Shown here piece by piece: positions 9,701 through 20,600 of a stretch of 24,148 nt of DNA. Source of the DNA: Perkinsela sp. CCAP 1560/9 (lineage: Eukaryota; Protista; Euglenozoa: Kinetoplastea); the NCBI GenBank assembly GCA_965644495.1, contig CBFFSA010000078.1:1-24148 (forward strand), given 5' to 3'. Under the pieces are notes generated by a model. It searched no databases and was not told the DNA's origin. It saw only the letters and a list, made by a program, of their open reading frames with translations. How positions within the stretch are numbered: the first letter of the stretch is position 1; each line of letters begins with the position of its first letter. The position numbers and the translations under genes are program-made.

Positions 9701-11594
9701 ATCTTTTAAAAACGGGGTGTGCCAAAAGGGATTCTGATGGAAAATTCTCAGAACCAATGAACCGACCATACCGACGAAGGATGACCTGAAGACGTGCCAA
9801 GGAATCCAATCTTGCCCTTTTCGTTGGTTCGTCCTGAACATCAAAATCTTCATCCAATTTCTCCCAATTAACTCCAATATCGAGATCTTCAGGACGTGCA
9901 TAATTAATGAGCTTCTCCAAGGAAGCTGGATCCTCGTTGAGAATTCCCAATGTTTCTTCAAATTCATTCAATTTAATTGCAAGATAGAGGCGCTTTCCAA
10001 GAGAACTCGTAATTCGATAAAAGACTTCATCTTTCCCGATGGGGTTTTGCTCTTGTGACCTTTCACTCCTCAGGAGCACATTCAGTAAAGCAACCCGTGT
10101 TGATGGTTTTGGGTCAAAGAATAGAAGGATCTCTTGATCTTCAGTCTGTGGTTTATCAGTAATTGGAAGACGGAACGATTCTGAGTTTGTAATCTCCGAG
10201 AGATGAAACACCAACAAACGATCGACTTGTTGAAAATCTTTTGAAGTGAGACCAATTGGGAAAAGGATTTCCTCCAGGTAACGAACTAATAAGTTCTCAA
10301 TCAAACGCCTGGATCCAAACTTAGTTCTCTGAAATTTCCACTTGTCGGGAACAGACCCCTCATTCTCCCACGAAAAGAGAGAAAGATGATCTTTTTTTCC
10401 ACCAAAAACATTCCCCTCTTCTTGTTCTTCTTCCCCAGCACGAAAAGATGCTGAGTTTACTTTGGGTTTTGATTTCTCTCCAAAATTGCGTTTCGAGGGA
10501 GGAGCCAAAAAATCATTCCAAAACTCCTGTGGTAACGCCAACTTTTCTGAAGAATTCGAATCTTTAACAACCACTTTCAGAGATTGACAAGAAGTACAAA
10601 GAGATCTAATCTTTCGATGTTGATCCTTGAAGTGGCCAATGATCATTCCACAATCAAGACAACAAGAGAATTGGGAGTAAAAATCACCGACAGCCAGACA
10701 AAATTGGTCATAAAAGCTTGCAGAATAAACATCAGAAGATTTTAACAATTGTAAGATACTCCTGCCAGATTCTCCAACACCCCAATCACATCCATCACCT
10801 TGTAAAAGAGCCTCAAAGAAAATCTTCAAGAGTACAACAGAACTCCATTGAGTCTTCAAAGAGGGCAGTCCTCCACGTTCGCGTTTTGGACTTTGATTCC
10901 AATCGTTTATAAGATCAGCAATCTCTGAATTGAGAGACGAAATGAGAGAGAGAAAAGACGATAAGTGTTCTGTGGTAGGGGGTGGAACATTTTCTCCTGC
11001 AGACATCTTGATAAAAGGGAGATTCTCTGCTTTGCTCCAAATAAAAGAAAGTATTCCATCAAATACAGCCTCGAAGAGATGCGACATACGCAGGGCAGTC
11101 TCAGAACCGTTCATCGCCTTGTACATCGAAACCAGTGTGTCATTTCGAGCGGAAGAAGAGGAAGGAAGGGTAGATAAAATACGTTGGATCATTTGGAGGC
11201 GGATTTCGTTTTGAGAGAAAGAGACATGAATCGATGCGGGCGACTGGAGAGAATCAGGGTGAAAAGAGAGGAGAACAGTTTTGTGAATGAATAAAATCTC
11301 TTCAAAAACAAGGCCTTTGAAAGAGGAAGCGTTGGTAGAGAGAAAATCATGAAGAAAACCGAATTTTTTTTGGCCATTTCGATTCCCCACCTTGACAAGA
11401 TCAGAACCCCTCTGGCCCAACGAACTCAAAAAGAGTTTCTTCTTTTTTTCAACATCAAGTTCAAACTGTTTGGCTCCAATCTTTCTTGCAGGTGGCGCGC
11501 TCTCATTTGTTTCTTCTTCTCGGGAATTCTCTCTTCCAATCCATTCCACTTTTCTTCTTTTTTTTGTGGGAGACAGATGCTGATGGGTTGTCAT
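6736..11594 (-). CDS. RNF213-like protein (E3 module, RZ zinc finger, C-terminal domain), ~1600 aa; exons 11594-8947 and 8890-6736
   Basis: A 56-nt intron (8946-8891, GTTTGT..TTTTAG, split codon TG|G) joins the two long ORFs and rebuilds WFECPNGHPYCVGECGMPMQRGKCPTCGADIGGQNH, the RNF213/ZNFX1 RZ finger. Downstream segments (IVPILEWHNLL, GHCTVQLLLYLHRIH, YDFSAIENSL, IPQVP) resemble the RNF213 C-terminal domain. First ATG is at 11594. Confidence 0.82.
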
Positions 11595-11879
11595 AAACAA
11601 ACAAAATCGTGCAAACAAGAAAACAAAAAATCAGCATGGGATCTTCCTGCTGATTCACCGAAGTTCATTGTTCTTCTGAACATCACCGAAAAAAATCAAA
11701 ATTGGCAATTTTAGTGACGTGTTATTTTTTAAAAAGTTATCGTTTTTCCTCCAAATCAAAAAATGCTTCCAAAGAATTGGGGTCAAACGACGTCAAGTCC
11801 CATTTGAAAAATCTTCGAATTTTCTTCGGGAGAAAAAAAAATGGAAAGACAAAAAGAGAGAGTATTTTTATGAGTTTCC

Positions 11880-12587
11880 TCAAAATGGGGAGTCAGATTG
11901 TGGTAACTGCCAAATCTGATGATTCAAACCAAACCGTTCAAAGATCTCTTTTGCCTCTTTGTTTGTCCATTTCTTCCATTCGGGGTTGAGATGAGAGCCA
12001 TACCAAACTTTCGCGAAATCCCAAATACTTTGGATTGGTCGAACATCTCCTTTCTCCACCCGGTGTTGTTCGCACCAACGATCAACATCTTCTTCATCTT
12101 TAAACAAAAGCATCACACCACAAGTGTAGATCACATTGTCCCATGCATTTGTCATTGGGACTGGAAAATGAACGACATAATCTTTTTCGAGAAGTTGACC
12201 ATCTTTGATGTGGAGTTCAACTTGTTGCCGATCTGCGCCGAGAGATGCCACAATGGTCACATCCTGTTTCAGCAAATTCGCAAGCCCCAACGAACACCAA
12301 GCACAAGTGCCCCACCATTCTCTTGTCCGTTTCGTTCCCTCTTCTGGATCGAGACGAACAACAAAGTTGGTGGGCGCAAGAGAAATAGGGTGGATAACCC
12401 AGATCTCATCACTGTTGGGATGCAAGACAACACCATGGTCATCTTGCAAAGATTTTAATCCAATCGACAACTCTTCTTGAGAAACGGTCAGAATCGAGGC
12501 GAGTTGGTCTGGTTTTGGCGCATATCCATGATCGATGATGTATTTCAGAATGGTATAGTGTAACTTCGCATGCGTTAAAGTTGCCAT
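11880..12587 (-). CDS. merB: Alkylmercury lyase (MerB)-family protein, 235 aa, intronless
   Basis: N-terminal winged-helix-like segment, HPISLAPTNFVV, WWGTCAWCSLG and VVHFPVPMTNAWDNVIYTCGVMLLF..VDRWC match MerB-family motifs. Confidence 0.75.
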   Translation of the reverse strand: MATLTHAKLHYTILKYIIDHGYAPKPDQLASILTVSQEELSIGLKSLQDDHGVVLHPNSDEIWVIHPISLAPTNFVVRLDPEEGTKRTREWWGTCAWCSLGLANLLKQDVTIVASLGADRQQVELHIKDGQLLEKDYVVHFPVPMTNAWDNVIYTCGVMLLFKDEEDVDRWCEQHRVEKGDVRPIQSIWDFAKVWYGSHLNPEWKKWTNKEAKEIFERFGLNHQIWQLPQSDSPF

Positions 12588-13141
12588 CGAAATGTCAAAC
12601 CAAACAAGGAGACAAGAGAGAAAAAAGAGTTATGGACGAAAAGAAGGTTTGCGGCCCGTGAGTCTCCGAGAAAACGTGGACAGAATTTTTTTCTTTCTGT
12701 GTTTTTCTCACAAGAAAATAATTTTTCCAAAAATCATGCCTTTTTCCAAGAAAAACTCTTCGCTGAAGACAAAATTCGCTTTTGTTCTTCTGCCGACATG
12801 GGAAAAAACCGACCCTTCCTGTTTCGAAGAAGACTTAAAACAGAAGATATGTTGTTGCTTCTCGACCAGAGAGTATCTGGAAAACAAAGGAAAAAGAGAG
12901 GAAGATTCTGGATGGAAAGACATCCAGGGACGCAACAAAAAGAGGAAAAAGGGGATGAAAAAGAGAAAAAAAAGCTTGATTTTTTGAAAATAGATCCCTT
13001 TTTATTCTCTTTTGCTTTTTCTTTCCGCTTTTCTTTCCGAGAATGACCCGAAAATCTGATGCTTCTTTCCTCATCTTTTTCTCTCCTTTTTCCTTGGATT
13101 GGATTGTTGATACGTTTTTTTAAAAAAATCTAAAACTTGGA

Positions 13142-16091
13142 ATGGAAAGTAGTTGCGAAATAATGGAAGAGAAGAAAGAGAAAGAAGAAGAGAAGAAAGA
13201 GAAAGAAGAAGAGAAGGAAGAAAAAGAAGAAGAGAAGAAAGAGAAAGAAGAAGAGAAGAAAGAGAAAGAAGAACAGAAGGAGGGGGGTGGCGATACTTCT
13301 CTTTTTATGGTTGCTCAAAGTGGATCGAATGAGATTGTTCAATTTTTGTTGGACCAAGGAGCAAATCTCAATCTCCCAACTGAGGTTAAATCTTTTTTTT
13401 TTTTTTGAATTTCTCTCTTCTTTTCTTTCGGATTCATTTTTCTTTTCTTTTCTTTTGAAATCTCTCATTTTCTTATTTTCTCTTCTTTCCTCTCTTTGTT
13501 TTTTTTTTTTTAAATCAAAAGAATGGACAAACTCCTCTTTTTATTGCCGCTCAAAATGGACATGAACAAACTGTTCAAATTTTATTAAAAAAAGGAGCGA
13601 TTGTTGATCTTCCAACAGAGGTTTAGATTTTCTATTATAAAAATATGATTTTCTGTAAAAGAACATTATTAAATTCAGAGAAAAGGAAGAGAACTTCTTT
13701 TCATGTTCATTTGGAGTGTTTTTCATTTTTTTTTTTTTCAAAGGATGGGATGTCCCCTCTTCATGGTGCTGCTCAAAATGGACATGAACAAATTGTTGAC
13801 ATTTTATTGAAACATGGAGCAAATGTTCATCTTTTAAGAGAGGTTTTCATATTTTTAAATTAATTTTTAAAATTTGATGACTGAAAAATCGCCCATATTT
13901 TTTTTCTTTTGACATAGAAGAGTGGATCGACCTCTCTATTTGTTGCTGCTGAAAATGGACATGATCATATTGTTGACATTTTATTGGAAAAAGGAGCAAT
14001 TGTTGATCTTCAAGAAAAGGTGAAAAAACAGTTTTCTCTTTTTAATTATCACTTTATTTTGTATTATTTTGGAAATTTTTGAAAAAAAATCTCATTTTTA
14101 AAAATATTTTTGAAGGAAGAGACTCTTGGACATCACCAAATTGTCCAACTTTTATTGAAATTAAAAAGAGCAAATGTGAATCATCAACAAAAGGTTTTCT
14201 TTTTTCTTGAATTTCTGAGCGTGAAAATTGGTTTTTGTGATGAAATATCAATTATTTTTTCTTTTGATTCAATAAAAGGATGGAAAAACTCCTCTTTATA
14301 TTGCTGCTCAAAATGGACATGAACAAACTGTTCAATTTTTATTGGAGAATGAAGCAAATGTTGATCTTCCAAATCAGGTTTTTTGATGATTTTGATTTCA
14401 TTTTTTTTGATTCTTTTAATATTTTTATTATTCTTTTTTTTTTTTTTTTAAATCTCTTGAAATTGTTTATTTTATTTATCCTGCTTTTTTGATTAATTTT
14501 TTTAAATCAAAAGAATGGGAGAACTCCTCTTTTTGTTGCAGCTCAAAATGGACACAAACAAACTGTTCAAATTTTATTAGAAAAAGGGGGAGCAAATGGT
14601 GATTTTTTCGATGAGGTTCTGCTCCTTTAATCTTTATTTTCTCTCTCTCTCTCTCTCTCTTCTCTCTTTTAAAATTTCTAATTTTCTCATTCTCTTTTAT
14701 CAACAGAGTGGATTTAGCCCTCTTCTTGTTGCTGTTCAAAATGAACATGAACAAACCGTGGAAATTTTATTGGAAAAAAAAGTACTTGCGAATATACATG
14801 AAGAGGTAATTTATTTATTGACTGTTTATTTTGATTTTTCAGAATATTCTTTTTGAAGTCTCATATTTTTTTCAAGGATTTAGGACAAACCCCTCTTGGT
14901 GCTGCTGCTTTCCAGGGAAATTTTCAAATTGTTCAACTTTTGTTGGAAAAAGGAAAAGCAAAAGCGGATTCTCGAAGATTGGTCCTCTTTTTTTTGGGAC
15001 AATGTTTTCTTAAATTCTCAAGGGGGGAGTAAAAATTGAGAGTCTCAATTTTTTTTTTGGTGAAATATTGATCTTTTTTTCTTAGAAGGATGGAGCGACT
15101 CCTCTTTTTCTTGCTACTTTTGGAGGACACGAACAAATTGTTCGAATTTTATTGGAACATGGAGCAGATGTTCATCTTGAAAGAGGGGTTTTAACAATTT
15201 TTGTTGATTGTTTTTGATGTTTTATTCCCATTTTCTCAATTATTATTTTTTTTCTACTTATTATTATTAAGGATGGTGTATCTCCTCTTTACGTTGCTGT
15301 TCATCGTGGACATGAACAAATTGTTCAAATTTTATTGGAACATGGAGCAGATGCTAATATTCCAAGATTGGTTTCATTTTTATTTCTTTTTCTTTTTCTT
15401 TTTCTTTTTCTTTTTCTTCTTTTTTTTTTTTTGTATCAATTTTCTTTTCATTTCCTTATTTTTTTTGGATCTAAAGAAGGGAACAACTCCTCTTTTTGTT
15501 GCTGCTCAAAAAGGAGATGAACAAATTGTTCAAATTTTATTGGAAAAAGGAGGAGCAATTGTTAATTTGATTGAACAGGTTCTCTTCACATTTGATTTGT
15601 TAAATTGGCACATTTAGATTTTTTTTTTTTTTTTTTTTCGCTTTCAAATTTTCTTATTGATCAAAAGAATGGGTGTACTCCTCTTTATGTTGCTGCTCTA
15701 AATGGACATGAACACACAGCTCAAATTTTATTGGAAAAAGGGGCAGATTTGGTGATTTTCTTTTTTGTGTTGATTGAACTTGCAAAATGTCTTTTTTTTT
15801 TTTAAATTTTTGATTTAAAGGATGAAGATTTTTTTTTTGCTGCTTGTAATGGAGCTGAACAAGCTGTTCAAATTTTATCAGCAAAAGGAGCAAATGTTAA
15901 TCATGAAAATAAGGTTTTTTTTTTGATAATAAGATTGAAAAATACTTTTTTATTCTTTTTTCTCATTTTAATTTTTTTTTTAAAACAAGGATAATGGATT
16001 GACCCCTCTATTATTTTGTGCAAGAAATGGTTCAGAACAAATGGTTCAAATTTTGTTGGACAAAGGAGCAAATGTTGAGTTTCAAGAAAAA
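13142..16091 (+). CDS. Ankyrin-repeat protein, 15 exons with about one repeat each; 3' end probably lost
   Basis: Exons: 13142-13384, 13522-13620, 13744-13842, 13921-14019, 14116-14193, 14279-14377, 14514-14615, 14707-14805, 14877-14981, 15089-15187, 15272-15370, 15477-15578, 15668-15751, 15821-15913, 15990-16091. All introns are GT..AG, phase 0, 69-137 nt. The spliced frame is open for 534 codons with consensus xGxTPLxxAAQNGHEQIVQILLEKGANV. Confidence 0.88.
13165..13279 (+). repeat. Purine-rich ~21-nt tandem repeat encoding (EEEKKEK)n in ankyrin exon 1
   Basis: About five GAAGAAGAGAAGAAAGAGAAA-like units are visible. Confidence 0.8.
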
Positions 16092-16133
16092 GTTTATTTT
16101 TAATTTATTTAAATTTCTGTGAATAATTTATTC

Positions 16134-16643
16134 TGTTGAAAAAAAATAATGGCAACACTCGTACAAAGAATGTGCGGTGTAAGCACAAGATAAATTGTAA
16201 GAGGAAAAGGTGAAAAAGACTTGCTTTGGAGTGTGACTCAACTGTTCACTAATTCACTGAAAACGGCTGATGAAATTTCTCATTCTGAGAAAGTTTCTAC
16301 AATTCAGCGAAATGGTGAAGTTAGTGAAAGGTGGGTCCGACATTCCAAAGCTAGCTCCATATTTCCAAATATGGAAGAAACACACAAAGGTGAAAGCGCT
16401 CAGAGGCGAAGGGTTCACACGAGGTGAAACGCACAGAGGCAGATGGTTCACACAAAGTGAAAGCACATAAAAGTGATAGGGTTCACACAGGGTGAAAATA
16501 GAATTGGCCAATAGTAGTTTATAGTCTATTTAGACATTTCATAGTTTATTGTCTATTCAGACGATCATAGTTTATAGTCTATGCAGACATATCAAGTAAA
16601 TAATAAACAGTGTGAAATGTGATAGTGGAGTTGAGTTCCAACA
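16134..16643 (-). repeat. Copia 3' LTR (510 bp)
   Basis: Bounded by TGTTG...CAACA and directly preceded on the minus strand by the purine-rich GTGCGGGAGGTG. The partner LTR is absent, so the boundaries rest on the termini and the PPT only. Confidence 0.8.
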
Positions 16644-16655
16644 CACCTCCCGCAC
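16644..16655 (-). promoter_or_regulatory. Copia polypurine tract
   Basis: Minus-strand GTGCGGGAGGTG abuts the TGTTGG LTR start. Confidence 0.7.
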
Positions 16656-16791
16656 TAGAACATTCTCACAATAAATAACAATTTTTACAGTAGATAAATA
16701 CACAAATACATAGACGACAAGAAACAGTAACAAATACAGTTAACAAACAGTAATCTCGCCAATCATCAGTAATCACAGGATCGCATCACTA

Positions 16792-17230
16792 TTAGAGGAC
16801 ACCCAGACTCTCGACTAGTTCTCCGAATTTGGGATTTGCAAGTGCTTTAGTGAAGATGTCCGCAAGTTGTTGTGTTGAGGAGACTCTCTTGATCCGCAAT
16901 AACTCTTTCCGAACCATCTCTCGAACATAGTAATATTTGGGTCGGATATGTTGATTCCGATCAGTAACTTGAGTTCCTTCAGCCATTCCTCTTGCAGGAT
17001 CATTGTCACAGTATAATTCAATGATTGGCATCCCCTTTTTGTCGAAAGTGAATTCCAACACATCACGCATCCAAATCGCACAGCAGGCCAGCTTGTTGAG
17101 CGCAATGAACTCTGCTTCCATAATGGATTGAGCCACAGTAGATGGGAGTTTTGATTTCCAGCTGATGAGGTACTTTTCTAAGAAGAGTCCAAATCCAATT
17201 GTAGATCTTCCTTCATTTACATCATCATTG
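16792..17230 (-). pseudogene. Copia pol C-terminal fragment (RNase H)
   Basis: NDDVNEGRSTIG..ISWKSK..TVAQSIMEAEFIAL..LYCDN..HIRPKYYYVRE..QLADIFTKAL. Confidence 0.92.
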
Positions 17231-17235
17231 TAACT

Positions 17236-17542
17236 AGTTGAGTCCTCTACGGAATAGTATGGAGATAGAGACAAGAACAGAGAACAAGAACAAAGAACAA
17301 AGAAAGAACAAGCTTGGTTCAATGTCTTTTATCAAATGCGTTCCAAAAGCCAAAAAGAACAAAAGAAAGTTTACGCTCTTTCGCCCACAAATGGGTCCAA
17401 AGAACAAAACCTCTTTTGTACAAAAAAGGGCAACAAATAATTTACAATTATTCACAATCGGAAAACACACACAAAACAGTTCAGTGTTTCCGCTCACCAA
17501 CAAAACGACAAAGTCAACAAAACCAACTATGACAACCCAACA
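17236..17542 (-). repeat. Gypsy 3' LTR
   Basis: Direct repeat of 22496-22802; no mismatch seen on reading. Confidence 0.95.
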
Positions 17543-17649
17543 CCCCCCGCAAGTGCACTTGCTCGCAATTCACGACACACAATAAAAACAAAACAAAACA
17601 AAAAGAACAAAACAACCAACACAACAAGCATCACAACAGAAATAGTTCC

Positions 17650-20600
17650 TCATTTCTTCTTTACACGCCGTGTCGATTTTCTCCGCTTTGCGTTGTATTC
17701 TCGAATCGCATCATCTGCCAAAAAATCACTCGCAGGTTGCCAAGATGTCTCATCATAATATTTCCATTTGACAAGGTACTCCTTCTCGCCATCTTTGCCC
17801 CGATCATCCAAAATTTTCTCAAATTCATAGATATCAGATAAATTCGTTTCTCCTGGAATCACTTTCAATCGTGCAATAGGAACTTCTGCTTCAAGAACTT
17901 TCCCATCAATACATTCCAGCGAATAACCTTTCGTCTCATTGTTATATTTAGCAATACGAAAAGGGCCTTCCCAGCGTTGCTGCCATTTTGTAGTTCTTTT
18001 ATCCACTTCTTTCATAACTGAAGTGCCAATCGCCAGAGGTTTAGGTCGCAAAGATCTTTTTTTCCGTCTCATTTCATTCGCATCATCACAGCCTTTCTTA
18101 CCCGCTTCTTTGGATAATTTTGCAAGTGCTGGATAAACCGAATAGACCATTTTCCGATTTCTCTCTAACAATTTTTCAGGAGTTGCAACTTCCAATTCCA
18201 ACCCCTCATAATTTGCTGCTTGGTTCCTCTCTCTCGCGAACATCACCGCAAAGGGAGTAGACTTATGTCTCGAGATATAGCGATCATTCAATGACATTTG
18301 AACAACTGGCAAAAATTTCACCCAATTTGTCATATCTCCTTCCAGCAATTTTACAACCAAACCCGAAACTTCTCTCACGTATCTCTCAACTGCACCATTT
18401 TGAGCAGGGTAATATCTCATCACCTTTCTCGATTTTGCAGTCGAAGCATTACGAAAAGCCTCCATAACTTTGTTGAAAAACGATGGGTCTTGATCACTTT
18501 GAATCTCCTTCGGGACACCAAAATTCGCAAAAACAGATAGCAAAGCTTCCGCAACTGACTCCGCTTCCTTGGAGATTAATTTACACAGTATCACGAAACG
18601 ACTTGCAATATCTATTACAATAAGGACAATTGTATAGCCCTCATTTGACTCAGGCAACCCACAAATAAAATCCATACCAATTATATCCATAGGCAGCGCT
18701 GAAGTAACTGGGGTAATCGGATGAAATCCAATTCTCCCATGATTGTATTTCAGACACACCACACAACCTCGACAGACCGTAATTACCATCCTTCTCATTG
18801 ATGGCCAGTAGTAGCCTGCACGAAATAGTTTCCGAACTGTTCCTGAAACACCAGCATGACTTTCCTCATGCTTTTCTTTCACCAAAGGCAGTTTCTCTTC
18901 TTCCTCTGGTTCTTTCTTACCAAGTACATTCCCAATAAACTCTTCGAGATATCTCTTAGTTCCTTCAACAGGCTCATCCTCACACTCAAGCACAGCAACA
19001 TCGCAAGTATTAATTGCTGGTTCAGTAGAATCGTCTGTAACTGGGTATTTTTCTTGATACAATCGAGAGAGATAGTCTGGTAAAACATTATGGATCCCTT
19101 TTTGGTAAACAATGTAGAAGTTGTAATCCAATAGAAAATCCAACCAGTCCAAAATCATAAACTTTGTACTTGAATTCAAATACACAAGCGCCTTATGATC
19201 CGTCTCCACTCTAAACTTCCGCCCAAAAACATATGAACGGAACTTCCTAATCGCAAAAATAATTGCCAAAAGTTCCCTCTTCGGTGCAGGATAATTTCGT
19301 TGCCCCGCTTGAAGAGTTTTCGATGCAAATACAATATAACGTTTCTTGTCATTTGCATCAACTTGGTACAATACCGCACCAACTGCATATTGTGAAGCAT
19401 CAGTTGCAATACGAAATTCTCGATCCCAATCTGGCTGAGACAACACCGGAGCATTCGAGATAACCTCTTTGAAAAAATCAAAAGACTTGTCTTGCTCCTC
19501 GCCCCACGCCTTACCAAGACGCCTCATCTTTCGCAACTTGTCCAACGGAGCCGCAATAGTCGCATAATTTGGGACAAAATCCCTCAAAAAATTCAGAAAA
19601 CCAAGAAGACTTTCAACTTGCTTTCCAGTCTGAGGTTTCACCATCTTCTGAGCCATTTCTTTCTTGAATGAATCGATCTCTCGAGTAAAACCATCAATCA
19701 AATGACCCATGAATTGAATCCTCTTCATGCAGAATTTTGATTTCTTCATCTTAATCCGAAATCCTGCTCTCGTCAACTTTCGGATGACTCTGTGAGCTTC
19801 ATTAGAATGATTTTCCAGCTCTTTAGAAAAAACTAGAAAATTATCCAAATAACTTGCAGCTTCATCTGAAACACCGATAACTCGTTCTCCTTGGACTTGA
19901 AAATGCGTAACCGCACCTTTCGGCCCAAATGACATCCTCACATACACATACTGACTCTTATCAGGTGCCAGAAAACCCAACAATGGCTGACTCTTTTCTG
20001 ACACCACAATATGATGATAAGCCTCCGTGAGATCGATTTCGGTAAAATATTTCGCACCCCGAACACGTTCAAACAATTCCGCAGGAGATGGCAAAATATT
20101 ACTTGGATCCTTTGTTAAAGCATTTACCGCTCTCAAATCCAAACAAACTCTGATATCATCAGGATCCACCCGACCACCAGACTTCTTAGGGACCGCTAAA
20201 AGAGGGGAATTCCACAAGTTCTTCTCGTCCTTGTCCCACTTCTTAACAAATCCTTTTTTCACCCACTCGTTCACTCGCTCCATAACCTTTCCTTTCAATT
20301 TCTCAGGGATTGGATACTGTGGCACAAACTTCGGAGTGTCTTCTTTCAAAGAAATTTTAAACTCAGAACCTGGGAGCACACAATGAGAATTTTCCTGCAG
20401 TCTCTGGTTTTCCTTCAAAGCATCATCAATACTCTGAATAAACAACTTGACTGACTCATCATCCCATTGCTCCTCTTGACTCTGATCCTCATTATCATCC
20501 AACCACTGCCGATCATCGACTTGGACTTGACGAGCAATACTTGGGAAGACCGCTTCGATTCCTTGAACAGTCACCCCCAACCGCTTTGCATCTTCATGAT

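Noticed and set aside
3-12587. Bacterial contamination explaining the bacterial-like genes
   Set aside because: They alternate with intron-containing eukaryotic genes, share the same A/T-tract intergenic style, and show no operon layout.
12592-13130. ORFs of 76-131 aa between the merB-like and ankyrin genes
   Set aside because: Overlapping, compositionally biased and without a recognisable domain.
16381-16594. Spaced palindromic repeats resembling a mini CRISPR array
   Set aside because: Only 3-4 units, the spacers are short and similar to each other, there are no cas genes, and the repeats lie inside a eukaryotic LTR.
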